From Rubrivivax sp. (lineage in GTDB: Bacteria; Pseudomonadota; Gammaproteobacteria; Burkholderiales; Burkholderiaceae_C): 40,584 nt of DNA. Below, piece after piece: positions 1-9,895 of the stretch. Position numbers and translations under genes: made by a program. Under the pieces are notes generated by a model, which searched no databases, had not been told where the DNA came from, and was given only the letters and a program-made list of their open reading frames with translations. Each line of letters starts with the position of its first letter. Position 1 is the first letter of the stretch. The stretch is from positions 1-40,584 of the forward strand of contig JAUYAJ010000531.1 of the NCBI GenBank assembly GCA_030693565.1. The letters are read 5' to 3'.

Positions 1-264
1 ACCACCGACACGCGCCTGGGCGTGCTGCGCCTGCGCCGCAGCGCCGGCTGGCAGCAAGAGCCCGAGCTTCAGGCCTTCGAGCGCGGCAACGGCTTTCGCT
101 TCGAGGCCGAACACTTTGCGGCCCTGGTGCACAAGCCGCCGATGGCCAGTGAACTGGCCGTCGACATCCGGCTGAGCCTGGAGAACATGGCCACGCTGGA
201 GGCCTTGCTGGCCAGTGCCCGGGTGGGCGCGGCGGTGGAGGTGGCGCGCATTGACGGGCTGTGA
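1..264 (+). CDS. C-terminal part of a probable Gfo/Idh/MocA-family oxidoreductase (5' end outside the window)
   Basis: Frame open from base 1; GNGFRFEAEHFAALV...SLENMATLEALLASAR resembles Gfo/Idh/MocA C-termini. Confidence 0.6.
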   Translation, partial: TTDTRLGVLRLRRSAGWQQEPELQAFERGNGFRFEAEHFAALVHKPPMASELAVDIRLSLENMATLEALLASARVGAAVEVARIDGL

Positions 265-401
265 CGGGCGAGGTGGAAAGGTCTTGCGTTGCGCCTTGCG
301 CCACGGAAAGTTCCTCCTCGGCGAGAGGCAAAAGGCAAGACCTGACCCCGCCGCCGGACCCGGCGGTGGAGGTGGCGCGCATTGACGGGCTGTGACGGGC
401 G
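230..401. repeat. Exact 41-bp direct repeat (230-270 and 361-401) around a 90-bp spacer
   Basis: cggcggtggaggtggcgcgcattgacgggctgtgacgggcg occurs twice and includes the upstream gene's stop codon. Confidence 0.95.
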
Positions 402-425
402 GCCCGGCAGCGCCGACCCCGTCGC

Positions 426-1322
426 CTACGCCGGCTTGCCGGCGCGGCGGCGCATGGCAACCAACAGAACGCCCCCGCCGATGAACAGCAGCGCCGCGCT
501 GGCGGGCTCGGGGACAACGGCGACGGCGCCAGAACGGGCGAACACGTTGGTGCTGACCCTGATCCGGCCCACCAAGGGCCCATCGGTGAGGTTCTCGAAC
601 TGAAGCGAAAGCTGCTCTCTGTTGGTTGTGTGCCAGACGAAGGGTCGATCGCCGCCATGGCCGGAGACTCGCGACACAACGCTGGGTGACTGCACACGCA
701 GGCTTGCGCTGTAAAGGCCGTTGGCATCGGGCCGCGAGAACTGGGTGAAGAGCTCGACGTAGGCGTCGGCATAGTCGAGCCTGCCGGTCATGGATTCCGG
801 CTGCAGCCATCGATCGACCTGGGCCCAGGTCGACATGAGCAGCCCGGTGCCGGGACCGAGCACGAGGTTATAGAAAGTGGCCGAAAGGGGGCCGGTCGCC
901 GTTGACGAAATGCCTGCATGGGCGGTCCCAAAAAGGCCGGGACCATCCAGCCTGATCGAGGCCGCTGTCCCGCCGTCGTATGAGCGAATTCCCGCACTGC
1001 CTTGCAAGGCAGTTGAAGAAACTGCCTTGCTTACCGTCGCCGGCTCGACACCCGCGGCCGAGAAGCCCGAGCCGCTTTCGAACGCAACCAGATCGCCTGT
1101 CGTGGTTTCCTCGAATCGAACGTTGGCGAACGAGCGCCAGGCATTCACCGGGTCGAGAAACGAAACGCTCGGCGCGAGGCCGTCGTTCGGGTTCGCGTCG
1201 TAGATGCTCCAAGCAAAGTCCCAGCTCCATGCCCGCGCCATGACGGAGGTCTGGGCGTACGAACTGGCAACACCAGCGAGCCACATCGTGGCGGCGGCAG
1301 CCGCAATCCAGCGCCTTTTCAT
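426..1322 (-). CDS. PEP-CTERM sorting-domain surface protein
   Basis: Signal peptide MKRRWIAAAAATMWLAGVASSYA; C-terminal VPEP + hydrophobic helix + RRR. Confidence 0.92.
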   Translation of the reverse strand: MKRRWIAAAAATMWLAGVASSYAQTSVMARAWSWDFAWSIYDANPNDGLAPSVSFLDPVNAWRSFANVRFEETTTGDLVAFESGSGFSAAGVEPATVSKAVSSTALQGSAGIRSYDGGTAASIRLDGPGLFGTAHAGISSTATGPLSATFYNLVLGPGTGLLMSTWAQVDRWLQPESMTGRLDYADAYVELFTQFSRPDANGLYSASLRVQSPSVVSRVSGHGGDRPFVWHTTNREQLSLQFENLTDGPLVGRIRVSTNVFARSGAVAVVPEPASAALLFIGGGVLLVAMRRRAGKPA

Positions 1323-1370
1323 TCTTATCGCTCCCTTGTGTTGTCGACATCAACCTGCCGCGGTCCGATT

Positions 1371-1386
1371 TGCTGATCCCGCGCCA
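1371..1386 (-). promoter_or_regulatory. Putative sigma-54 (-24/-12) promoter of the PEP-CTERM gene
   Basis: Minus strand TGGCGCGGGATCAGCA keeps GG-N10-GC spacing about 50 bp upstream of the ATG; PEP-CTERM genes are often sigma-54 driven. Confidence 0.45.
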
Positions 1387-1431
1387 GCCTTGATTTGACG
1401 TGCCCGCGGTGTCGCTGTCTACGCCGCGCGT

Positions 1432-1443
1432 CCCCCCCCCCCC
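1432..1443. repeat. C12 homopolymer tract
   Basis: 12 consecutive C in the divergent intergenic region. Confidence 0.9.
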
Positions 1444-1747
1444 AGAATCGAATGGCGGTTAACCCTGGCCATCTGCGGCGACACGATCGGCCGATGGCGA
1501 TTTCGACTGTGGCGCCCATGGCGGCGTGGCAGGGGTCCCGTGTTGCGTCTTTCCCTTCCGGCGAAACCGCAAACCCGGGACGAACGCCCCTCTTCATCGC
1601 ACCGGCCCTGTGGTTCGAATGGACCGCATCATGGCGGCGGCACAATGCGCATCAGCGGCGGGGTCGTTGGCAACACTCAAGACCCGACGCCGAACTCAGG
1701 CCTCAAGCCCACTAAGCTCGGGCGGCACTCACCCCAAAAGGAAGACC

Positions 1748-2398
1748 ATGGCAACGAAGAAGAAATCCGAACTGGCGAAAGCCGCCGGCCACCTCGCCAC
1801 TGCGGCGCAGGAAGTCGGCACCGCGGTGTCGCACCAAATTGACGACGCAGGCGATGCGCTCGCCGGCAGCTTGAGCAAGGCCAAGCAAAAGGTGCTGAAG
1901 CGCCGCGCTCAGGCTCAGCGCACGGTCAGTGGCTTGGTCAAGAAGGCCGAGGCGCAATTGAAGAAGGCCGAGAACCAGCTCAAGAAAGCCGGCAACGCGG
2001 CGCGCCGCTCGGTGCTCGCGGCAGAGAAGAAGCTCGCCGCCTCGCAGGCCCAGGCCAGCAAGTCGATGGCCTCCTTCCAGGCCCGCGCCGAGCGCAAGGC
2101 CAAGGCGGTGAAGCGGGCCATCGAGGCCGAGGCCAAGGCGGCGATGCGGGCTGCCAAGAGCAAGAAGGAGGCGCTGAAGAAGGCCATGACCGCGAAACCG
2201 GTGGCCAAGAAGCCTGCCACTGCGCCGGCCAAGAAGGCGGCACCGGCCAAGACGGCGGCCAAAAAAGCGACCAAGAGCGCGGCCAAGAAAGTCGCGCCCA
2301 AAACGGTTGCGCCCAAGAAGGTCGCGCTGAAAAAGGCTGCGCCGAAGAAGCCGGCGGCCAAGAAGGCCGCGGGCAAGTCCAAGCCGGCCTCGAAGTAG
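1748..2398 (+). CDS. Histone H1-like Lys/Ala/Pro-rich basic protein (AlgP/PhaF/Hc2-like)
   Basis: Starts MATKKKSEL after AAGGAAG; helical N-half, then PAKK/AAKK/APKK repeats. Confidence 0.85.
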   Translation: MATKKKSELAKAAGHLATAAQEVGTAVSHQIDDAGDALAGSLSKAKQKVLKRRAQAQRTVSGLVKKAEAQLKKAENQLKKAGNAARRSVLAAEKKLAASQAQASKSMASFQARAERKAKAVKRAIEAEAKAAMRAAKSKKEALKKAMTAKPVAKKPATAPAKKAAPAKTAAKKATKSAAKKVAPKTVAPKKVALKKAAPKKPAAKKAAGKSKPASK

Positions 2399-2404
2399 TC
2401 GCTG

Positions 2405-2440
2405 CGGCCTGAAGGGCGCGAAGTCGACGCCCTCAGGCCG
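2405..2440 (+). terminator. GC-rich hairpin after the histone-like gene, between convergent genes
   Basis: cggcctgaagggcg...cgccctcaggccg imperfect inverted repeat; no U-tract. Confidence 0.4.
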
Positions 2441-2682
2441 AGGCCTCGGACCCTCATCCCGTGCGCCAGGCGGGTCGCCCTGCCGGCAAGGCAGGCCTGG
2501 CGTTCGCGCCGGCACCGCGCTGGTTCCAGCCGCGCTGCTTTGGCGCGGCGCGTTGGCATTGAACGCAGATCTGCACCGCGTCGACAAGAACCGTCGTCGT
2601 CCGAAGCGGGGTCCATGACGATCCCCTGGCAGCCGTGGTCCTCGCCCGGCACGCGGCCCGGCGCCGAGCGCGAGGCGCTGCC

Positions 2683-5600
2683 TCAGCCCGCAGCGTTCAG
2701 CTCGCCGCGCATGCGACGGTACGCGGCCACGACATCCCTGTAGTCCTCCCGATCCTGGATCAGCCGATCGCGGTCGTGCGGCTGAGCGAGGTTGGCAACG
2801 TCCGCCTGGACGTCGCCGTGCAGTTGTTCGAGCAGGTCATCGGCGCGCGCATCACCCAAGGCCCCGAGCAGTTGGTGGCACAACCAGCGCAAAGCCACCG
2901 TGTCGGGCGCGCGCACCGCTGCGAGCTCGCCGTTCAAGGCGTCGAGCAGCGCATTCACCGTCGCCAGGGCCGCTTCGGGTCGGCCCAGTTCGATCTCGCA
3001 GAACGCGGCATAGGCGGCGGTCTCGTTGGCTGGCAGCAGGTCGTTCATGGCCCGCAGCGCGGCCTGCGCCTGCTGGTACAGCTGCAGGCCGGCAGCGGGG
3101 TCGCCCTGCTGGCGGCGCAACGATCCCAGCCGTCGCAGCGTGTGCGCCTCCATGGCGCGATCACCGACAGCGCGCGTGAGCGGCAGGTTGCGCTCGCACC
3201 AGAAAAGCTCCGCGGCGCTGTCGTGGTGCAAATTCGCGGCCCTGCTCAAACGCCACTGCGCCTTCACCACGTAGGGCAGATTGCCTGTCGCTTGTGCCAG
3301 CGCGAGCATGCGCTCGCCCCAGTGGACCAATTCGTCCAACCGACCCCGCTGGGCGTCCAGGACTGCCAGGTTGTCGAGCGCGCCGAGTTGCACGCGGGGC
3401 GAGCTCAGCGCCTCGCCACGTGCCAGCACGTCGAGCAAGGTCTCGCGCGCCTCGTCGTAGTGGGAAAGGCGCATTGCAACCATCGCCGACAAGGTCAGCA
3501 GGCGGGCCTCGGTTGGCGCCCGCTCGCTCTCGGCCTCGATCCGACCGGCCCAGCGCAGGCCGGGCGCGACATGTTCACGCGCCGCGTCGTTCTCGTGCCG
3601 CGCGATGTGCAGCCAGACCAGCAAGCCATGCGACAGCGCGGCGGTCTCGGCAGCGCCGCAGCGCTCGGCCAGGTCGCAGGCCTGCCGGGCGTCGCGCTCC
3701 GACTGAACACGATCGCCACGTCGATCAGCCAGCATGGCCAGCGAATACCACAGCCGCGCCTGACGGGCGTCGTCGGGATGGCGCTCGAGCACGCCCGCCA
3801 TCTCGGCGTGCACGGCATCCTGGGCAGAACGATCGCCCACGGTGTCGGCGATGGATTGAAGTTCGCTCAGCAGATCGAAGCGGCGCGCGGGCCCCGACTC
3901 GCCCAACAAGTCCACGGCGCGGCGCAGCCAGGACAAGGCGGCGGTGTTGGCGAAGCGCTTGCTGGCCTCTTTGCCAGCTTGCTCGAAACAGTCGATCGCC
4001 AGCGCCGTTTCGCCGGCGTGTTCGGCGTGCTCGCCAGTCATGGCCAGGAACTCCGCGCCGCGTCCCTTCGTGCGCTCGGTGAGCCAGCGCGCCGCCGCGC
4101 CGTGGCCCAGGCGGCGCTCGGCCTTGAGCAGCGTGTCGTAGGTCACCTGGTGCAGCAGGTGGTGGTCGAACTGGCGCTCGGCCGTGCCTTCAAAGTCGCT
4201 GTGCTCGCGCGCCCGCACAAAGGCCGCGCTTTGCAGCGCCGGCAAGGCCTGCGGTGCGTCGACATCCAGTGCCCGCAGCGCGTCGTCCCAGAACACATGG
4301 CCGATGACGCTGGCTTGGCGGGCGGCCTGTCGTTCGCGGCTTGGCAGCGCGTCGAGCCGCGCCTGCAGCAGGGCCACCAGCGTGCCCGGCAGGCGCGCGC
4401 TGTCCAGGCGCTCGACCTGCACGGTCCAGTGCAAGCCGTCGACCGTGATCACGCCGTCGTCGATCAGGCGGCGCACCAGCTCTTCCATGTAGTACGGGTT
4501 GCCGTCGGCCTGGCCGACAACGAGCGCGGTCAGCCGGGCTGGCACGTCGTCCAGGCGCTGCAAGAGTGCCTGCGCCAGCTCCTCGCGTTGCGCCGCAGCC
4601 AGCGGAGCCAGTTGCAGCAGCGTCTCGGGCGTGCTCCAGTCCGGCCGGCGCGTCAGCAGCGCCGGCCGGCCGGTCATGATCAGTGCCAGCGGCAACTCGG
4701 CCGCAAACGCCTGCAGGTGTTGCAGCAGATCCAGCGAACCGTCGTCGGCCCAGTGCAGGTCTTCGACGATGAGCACCGGCAGCGCGCCACCCTTGGCGGA
4801 CAGTGCGTGCAGATAGCCCCGCAGCGCGGCGAAGGCCTGGTCGCGCAGGCTGCGCGGGTCCAGGCCGCGCAGATGCGGGCTGTCGCCGAAGTCCAGCCCG
4901 GACAACTGGCCGACGAGCTGAGCCTGGCGCTCGCCGCGTTCGTCGAACCACGGGCTCAGCCCCTCGACGACCTTGCGCATCGCCGCGTCGGCGCTGTCGG
5001 TGTCGGCGACGCCGAACTGCACCGCCAGCAGGCCGCGCAGCAGGCCCCAGGGGCGCAGCAGGCCGTCGGGCTGCGAGCGCACGGCCAAGACCTGGCACGG
5101 CGCCGCGTCGCTCGCCAAGGCGGCCGTCAATTCGCGCAGCAGCCGGCTCTTGCCCAGGCCGGCGTCACCCAGCAGGGTCAGCGCCTGCAGCTGGCGGGTT
5201 TCGCGGGCGCGGGCCACGGCGTCCAGCAGGCGTTGCAGCTCGGCCTGACGACCCACCATCGGCGTGTTCAGCCCCTGCAGCCCGCGTTCGACACTGGCCA
5301 GGCGACGGTCCAGGGCCGCGCGCACCAGGTAAGTCGACATCGGCGCTTCGACGCCTTTGACCGGCAGCGGCGGCTGGGGTTCGACCTCGAACAGCCCGCG
5401 CACCTGGTTCCAGGTGTCGTGGCTGATGCGCAGCGCGCCGGGCGGCGCGCTTTGCTCCATGCGCGCGGCGATGTGCACTGCGGCACCGATGGCGGTGTTG
5501 TCGGCCTCGACGCCGGCGCCCAGGGCGACGTCGCCGGTGTGCACGCCCACGCGCAGCGCAAAGTCGGCAACGCCATGCTCAAGCTGCACGGCCTCGGCCA

Positions 5601-6018
5601 ACTCGCGCCCGGCCTGGCGGATGGCCAGGCCAGCCCGCACGGCGCGCTCGGCATCGTCTTCGCGCGCCTGGTCCATGCCAAACGCCGCCTTGATGCCGTC
5701 GCCGGTGAATTGCAGCACCCGGCCCTGGTGCGACAGCACGATGTCGGCCATGCGTCGCATGGCGGTGCTGAGCACGGCCAATGCGGCTTCGGCGTCCAGG
5801 CTGCTGGCCATGGCGGTGGAGCCGACGACGTCGGCAAACAGCACCGTCAGCTGGCGGTGCTGCACCGCGGCGGGCTGCAGCAGGCCGGTCAGCCGTGCGC
5901 GCAGCGGCGCCGTGGCCAGCTCGACCACGGCGTCGCCGAGCGTGGCGCGCTGGCCCTCCAGCGCCGCGATGGCGGCGCGGCAGGCTTCGATGTCGCTGGC
6001 TGGGGGGTCGTGCGGCAT
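2683..6018 (-). CDS. Class III adenylate/guanylate cyclase + AAA (STAND-like) ATPase + TPR protein
   Basis: LFADVVGST, FTGDG, RVGVHTG (cyclase); GDAGLGKS Walker A; LIVEDLHWAD Walker B; GNPYY; helical repeat C-terminus. Confidence 0.9.
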   Translation of the reverse strand: MPHDPPASDIEACRAAIAALEGQRATLGDAVVELATAPLRARLTGLLQPAAVQHRQLTVLFADVVGSTAMASSLDAEAALAVLSTAMRRMADIVLSHQGRVLQFTGDGIKAAFGMDQAREDDAERAVRAGLAIRQAGRELAEAVQLEHGVADFALRVGVHTGDVALGAGVEADNTAIGAAVHIAARMEQSAPPGALRISHDTWNQVRGLFEVEPQPPLPVKGVEAPMSTYLVRAALDRRLASVERGLQGLNTPMVGRQAELQRLLDAVARARETRQLQALTLLGDAGLGKSRLLRELTAALASDAAPCQVLAVRSQPDGLLRPWGLLRGLLAVQFGVADTDSADAAMRKVVEGLSPWFDERGERQAQLVGQLSGLDFGDSPHLRGLDPRSLRDQAFAALRGYLHALSAKGGALPVLIVEDLHWADDGSLDLLQHLQAFAAELPLALIMTGRPALLTRRPDWSTPETLLQLAPLAAAQREELAQALLQRLDDVPARLTALVVGQADGNPYYMEELVRRLIDDGVITVDGLHWTVQVERLDSARLPGTLVALLQARLDALPSRERQAARQASVIGHVFWDDALRALDVDAPQALPALQSAAFVRAREHSDFEGTAERQFDHHLLHQVTYDTLLKAERRLGHGAAARWLTERTKGRGAEFLAMTGEHAEHAGETALAIDCFEQAGKEASKRFANTAALSWLRRAVDLLGESGPARRFDLLSELQSIADTVGDRSAQDAVHAEMAGVLERHPDDARQARLWYSLAMLADRRGDRVQSERDARQACDLAERCGAAETAALSHGLLVWLHIARHENDAAREHVAPGLRWAGRIEAESERAPTEARLLTLSAMVAMRLSHYDEARETLLDVLARGEALSSPRVQLGALDNLAVLDAQRGRLDELVHWGERMLALAQATGNLPYVVKAQWRLSRAANLHHDSAAELFWCERNLPLTRAVGDRAMEAHTLRRLGSLRRQQGDPAAGLQLYQQAQAALRAMNDLLPANETAAYAAFCEIELGRPEAALATVNALLDALNGELAAVRAPDTVALRWLCHQLLGALGDARADDLLEQLHGDVQADVANLAQPHDRDRLIQDREDYRDVVAAYRRMRGELNAAG

Positions 6019-6085
6019 GGTGCGGCTTTGAGTCAGCGCTCAACACAGGAGTGGCAACGCATTGTGGCGTCGCCGGGGCGGCCGC

Positions 6086-8196
6086 TCAGGGCGCGAAGTC
6101 GTCGACCTGGATGACGCGGTCAGCAGCTTGCAGATAGGCCAGCGCGGCGGCCGGGTTGCGCGCGCCGGCGGCGCTCTCTTCGAGCGAGCGCGTGCGGCGC
6201 AGCGTGTGGTTGAGCGCCACCAGTTCGCCTGCCACCGGCTCGGCCAGCGCCAGCGCTTCGATCAGGTCGCGCAGGCCGCCCTGTTTGGGCATGCCCACAT
6301 CCGGGCACAGCCGCGCGATCAGGACCGGGTCGGTGCGCAGCGCTTCGGCCAGCGCCAGCACGGCGCGGTCGCCCGGGGGCGTCAGGCGCCGCGTCCCGCC
6401 CAGCAGCAGCGGCGAGACAAAGGCCAGCGCGCGTGAAGGCGGATTGGCCTGCAGTTCACGCAGGATCAGCGCGCCGCGCGCCAGTTGCGTGCGCACCGCC
6501 GCGCGTGCCAGCGGCAACATCTTCGGCTCGCCTTCGACCTCGTAGCGCCACAGGCAGGCCGAGGCCAAGTACAGGCACGAGAGCACGTCGCCCAGGCGCG
6601 CAGAGAGCAACTCCAGGCGCTTGAGCTTGCCGCCCAGCAGGCCCATCGCCAGGTCCGCGGTGAGCGCGAACTGGGCCGACAGGCGCGCGATCTCTTTGGC
6701 TTCGGCGCGCAATTCCGGCGGCGGTGTGACGTGGATGCGCGCGCCGGCGACGCTGCGCCACAGGTTGCGCAGCACATGGCCGCCATGCGCCAGCAGCGCG
6801 CGGCCCAGCGCCGGCGCGTCCTGCTCGGCCACCGCCTTCATCTCGGCCAGCACATGCGGGTGACAGCGCACGGCGCCCTGGCCGAAGATGATGAGCGCCC
6901 GCGTGAGCAGGTTGGCACCCTCGACGGTGATGGCGATCGGCGTGTGGCGGTAGCCCACGCCGAGCAGGTTGCGCGGGCCGCCGATGATGGCCTTGCCGCC
7001 CAGGATGTCCATGCCGTCGTTGATGGCGCGGCGCCCGGCTTCGGTGAGCTGCACCTTGAGGATGGCGCTGGCCACGCTGGCCACGCTGGGCCGTTCGCCC
7101 TTGTCGAGCGCGGCGGCCGTGTAGCGGCGCGCGGCATCGGTGGCGTACAGGTCCAGCGCGACGCGCGTGATGACGGGGCGGCCACGGCGTGGAACTTGCC
7201 AATCGGCAGGCCGAACTGTTCGCGGATGCGGCCCTAACCGTTGACGACGAACAGCGTCGTCTGCTGCAGCGCCGCGCCCAGCCCGGGCAGCGAAATCGCA
7301 CGCCCTGCGGCCAGGCTTTCCATCAGCATGCGCCAGCCCTGGCCGGCCTGCGCTTCGCCGCCGATGATCCAGTCCATCGGCACGAAGACGTCGACGCCGC
7401 GGATCGGCCCGTTCATGAAAGCCGAGTTCATTGGCAGATGGCGGCGGCCGATCGCCATGCCGGCGGTGGGCACGGGAATCAGCGCGCAGGTGATGCCCAG
7501 TTCCTGTTCGCCCTGGGGCCGGCTGCGGTCGACCGCCTGGAAGGCCAGGCCGACCACCGTGGCCACCGGCGCCAGCGTGATGTAGCGCTTGTCGAAATTG
7601 ACATTGAAGCCGCGCACGCGGCGGCCGTCGATCTCGCGCTCGATCAGCTCGCCGATGTCGGGAACGGACGCTGCGTCGGACCCCGCGTAAGGCGAGGTGA
7701 GGCCGAAACAAGGCAGCTCGCGGCCGTCGGCCAGGCGCGGCAGGTAATGCTGCCTTTGCGCGTCGCTGCCGTAGTGCAGCAGCAACTCGGCCGGGCCGAG
7801 CGAGTTGGGCACCATCACCGTCACCGCCGCGGCCACATTCACAGTGGCAATGCGCGTCACCACCGCAGCGTGGGCAAAGTGGCCGAAGCCCAGGCCGCCG
7901 TGTTCGCGCGGAATGATCATGCCGAAGAACTTCTTCTCGCGCAGGAACTGCCAGACCTCTGGGGGCAGGTCGCGCGCTTCGTCGATCGCGAAGTCGTCGA
8001 GCAAGGCGTTGAGTTGCACCACCGCGTGGTCGAGGAAAGCTCGCTCGGCTTGGCTCAGCCGATTCGGGCCGCGTGCGCGCAGGGCGTCGAAGTCGGGGCG
8101 GCCGGCGAACAGGTCACCTTCGAAGCCCACGGTGCCGGCTTCGAGCGCGGCGCGTTCGGTGTCGCCCATCGGCGCCAGCGCCTTGGCAAAAGGGGC
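6086..8196 (-). pseudogene. fadE: Acyl-CoA dehydrogenase FadE, disrupted
   Basis: TERAALEAG, VMVPNSLGPAELL, PCFGLTSPYAGSDA, ITVEGANLLTR, VIQVDDF; in-frame TAG at 7234-7236, frameshift near 7177-7180, 5' end interrupted at 8197 by a palindromic element. Confidence 0.88.
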
Positions 8197-8253
8197 CTAG
8201 GAGCGTGGGCGGCAGAAGGCGCCGGCGTCGCCTTATGCCGCCCACACTACAAG
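8197..8253. mobile_element. 57-bp palindromic MITE/REP-like element, copy 1 (degenerate)
   Basis: ctaggagcgtgggcggcagaaggcg...cgccttatgccgcccacactacaag; 53/57 identical to 25718-25774. Confidence 0.8.
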
Positions 8254-8518
8254 CGCGGCAGGACCCAGCAGAGCGGCAAGTCCCATCGGCAGCTCCTTGT
8301 GCCCGGTTCGGGGGGCACGCTCGATACTAGGCGGCAGGCCTGCCCAGGGCGGCGGCACTTGACCCCAGTCGAGCCCGGTGTAGTCTGGTTGGGTTGCATT
8401 GCGCACATACTTCGTGCATCTGCAGGCGCCCGTGCTGCGAACGCGCGGACGATGCAGGAGGTCGCCGCGCCAGCCAAGGGCCTCACGGCCGCTTCACCTA
8501 CAACCGCAAAGGAGTGAC

Positions 8519-9892
8519 ATGCACCGCCCATCGATGCGCCGGATCGGCATCGCGGCCTTGGCTGCGCTGCTGCTTCTGGCCAGCTCGCTCTTTGCGCAGG
8601 ACAAGCGGCCGCTGGTCTACGTGGCGCCCATCGACGGCATCATCGACCTCGGCCTGGCGCCCTTCGTCCAGCGCGTGCTCGACGAGGCCGTGCAAGCCGG
8701 CGCGGTTGCCGTCGTGCTGGAGATCAACACCTTCGGCGGCCGCGTCGATGCCGCGGTGCAGATCCGCGACGCGCTGATCAATTCACCGATGCGCAGCATC
8801 GCCTTCGTCAACAAGCGCGCCATCTCGGCCGGCGCGCTGATCGCGCTGGCCTCGACCGACATCGTGATGGCCAGCGGCAGCACGATTGGCGCGGCCACGC
8901 CGGTCAATATCGGGCAGGGCGGCGAGAAGGCCGAGCCCGTGGGCGAGAAGACCGTCTCCTCTGTGCGCAAGGAATTCCGCGCCACCGCCGAGAGCCGCAA
9001 GCGAGCGCCGCTGCTGGCCGAAGCCATGGTCGACGCCGATGTCGAGATCGAAGGCGTCATCGAAAAAGGCAAGCTGCTGACGCTGACCACCGAAGAGGCG
9101 CTCAAACACAAGCTCGTCAGCATCAGCGCCGACAGCATCGAAGCCGCGCTCGAGCAACTCGGCCTGGGCCAGCCCGAGCTGCGCCGGGCCAGGCCCAACT
9201 GGGCCGAGAACGTGGTGCGCTTCCTGACCCACCCGGTGCTCAGCTCGCTGCTGATCACGCTGGCCATGCTGGGCATCATCCTGGAGATGCGCACGCCCGG
9301 CTTCGGCGTGCCCGGCATGATCGGCATCGCCAGCCTGGCGCTGTTCTTTGGCGGCCACTGGCTGGTGCAACTGGCGGGCTGGGAAGAGCTGCTGCTGGGC
9401 TTCATCGGCATCGTGCTGCTGGTGCTGGAGGTGCTGGTCATCCCCGGCTTCGGCGTCGCCGGCGTGCTCGGCATCGTGGCCATCGTCTCCAGCCTGGTGC
9501 TGAGCCTGGTCGGGCCCGGCTTCAGCACTGCCTTCATGCTGGCAGCCGCAGGGCGTGTCGTGCTCGCGCTGCTGGTGGCTGTGCTGGCCAGCCTGGTGCT
9601 GCTGCGCTTCGTGCCGCGCCTGCCGTTCGGCCGCCAACTGGTCTTGAGCGAAGGCCTGGCCGCAGCCGAAGGTTTTGCCTCGGCACCCGAGAGCGACCTG
9701 CAATGGCTGGGCAAGAGTGGCCGCGCGACATCGCCGCTGCGCCCGGCCGGCATCGCCGAGATCGACGGCCAGCGTGTCGACGTCGTCTCCGACGGCGACC
9801 ACATCGAGGCCGGTCAAGTCATCAAAGTTACCCGGGTGGACGGCAACCGTGTTGTCGTCCACCAATTGCCCCACAACCACAAAGAGGATTGA
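8519..9892 (+). CDS. nfeD: Long NfeD-family protein (ClpP-like domain + TM helices + OB fold), YqeZ-like
   Basis: AAGGAG RBS; signal peptide; INTFGGRVDAA, AISAGALIALA, EMRTPGFGVPG, LRPAGIAEIDGQRVDV. Confidence 0.92.
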   Translation: MHRPSMRRIGIAALAALLLLASSLFAQDKRPLVYVAPIDGIIDLGLAPFVQRVLDEAVQAGAVAVVLEINTFGGRVDAAVQIRDALINSPMRSIAFVNKRAISAGALIALASTDIVMASGSTIGAATPVNIGQGGEKAEPVGEKTVSSVRKEFRATAESRKRAPLLAEAMVDADVEIEGVIEKGKLLTLTTEEALKHKLVSISADSIEAALEQLGLGQPELRRARPNWAENVVRFLTHPVLSSLLITLAMLGIILEMRTPGFGVPGMIGIASLALFFGGHWLVQLAGWEELLLGFIGIVLLVLEVLVIPGFGVAGVLGIVAIVSSLVLSLVGPGFSTAFMLAAAGRVVLALLVAVLASLVLLRFVPRLPFGRQLVLSEGLAAAEGFASAPESDLQWLGKSGRATSPLRPAGIAEIDGQRVDVVSDGDHIEAGQVIKVTRVDGNRVVVHQLPHNHKED

Positions 9893-9895
9893 GAA

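Noticed and set aside
230-401. Possible CRISPR repeat-spacer unit
   Set aside because: Only two repeats, a 90-bp spacer, repeat is coding sequence, no cas genes
2635-6114. 1159-aa plus-strand ORF
   Set aside because: Antisense shadow of the cyclase gene; no motifs, typical of high-GC DNA
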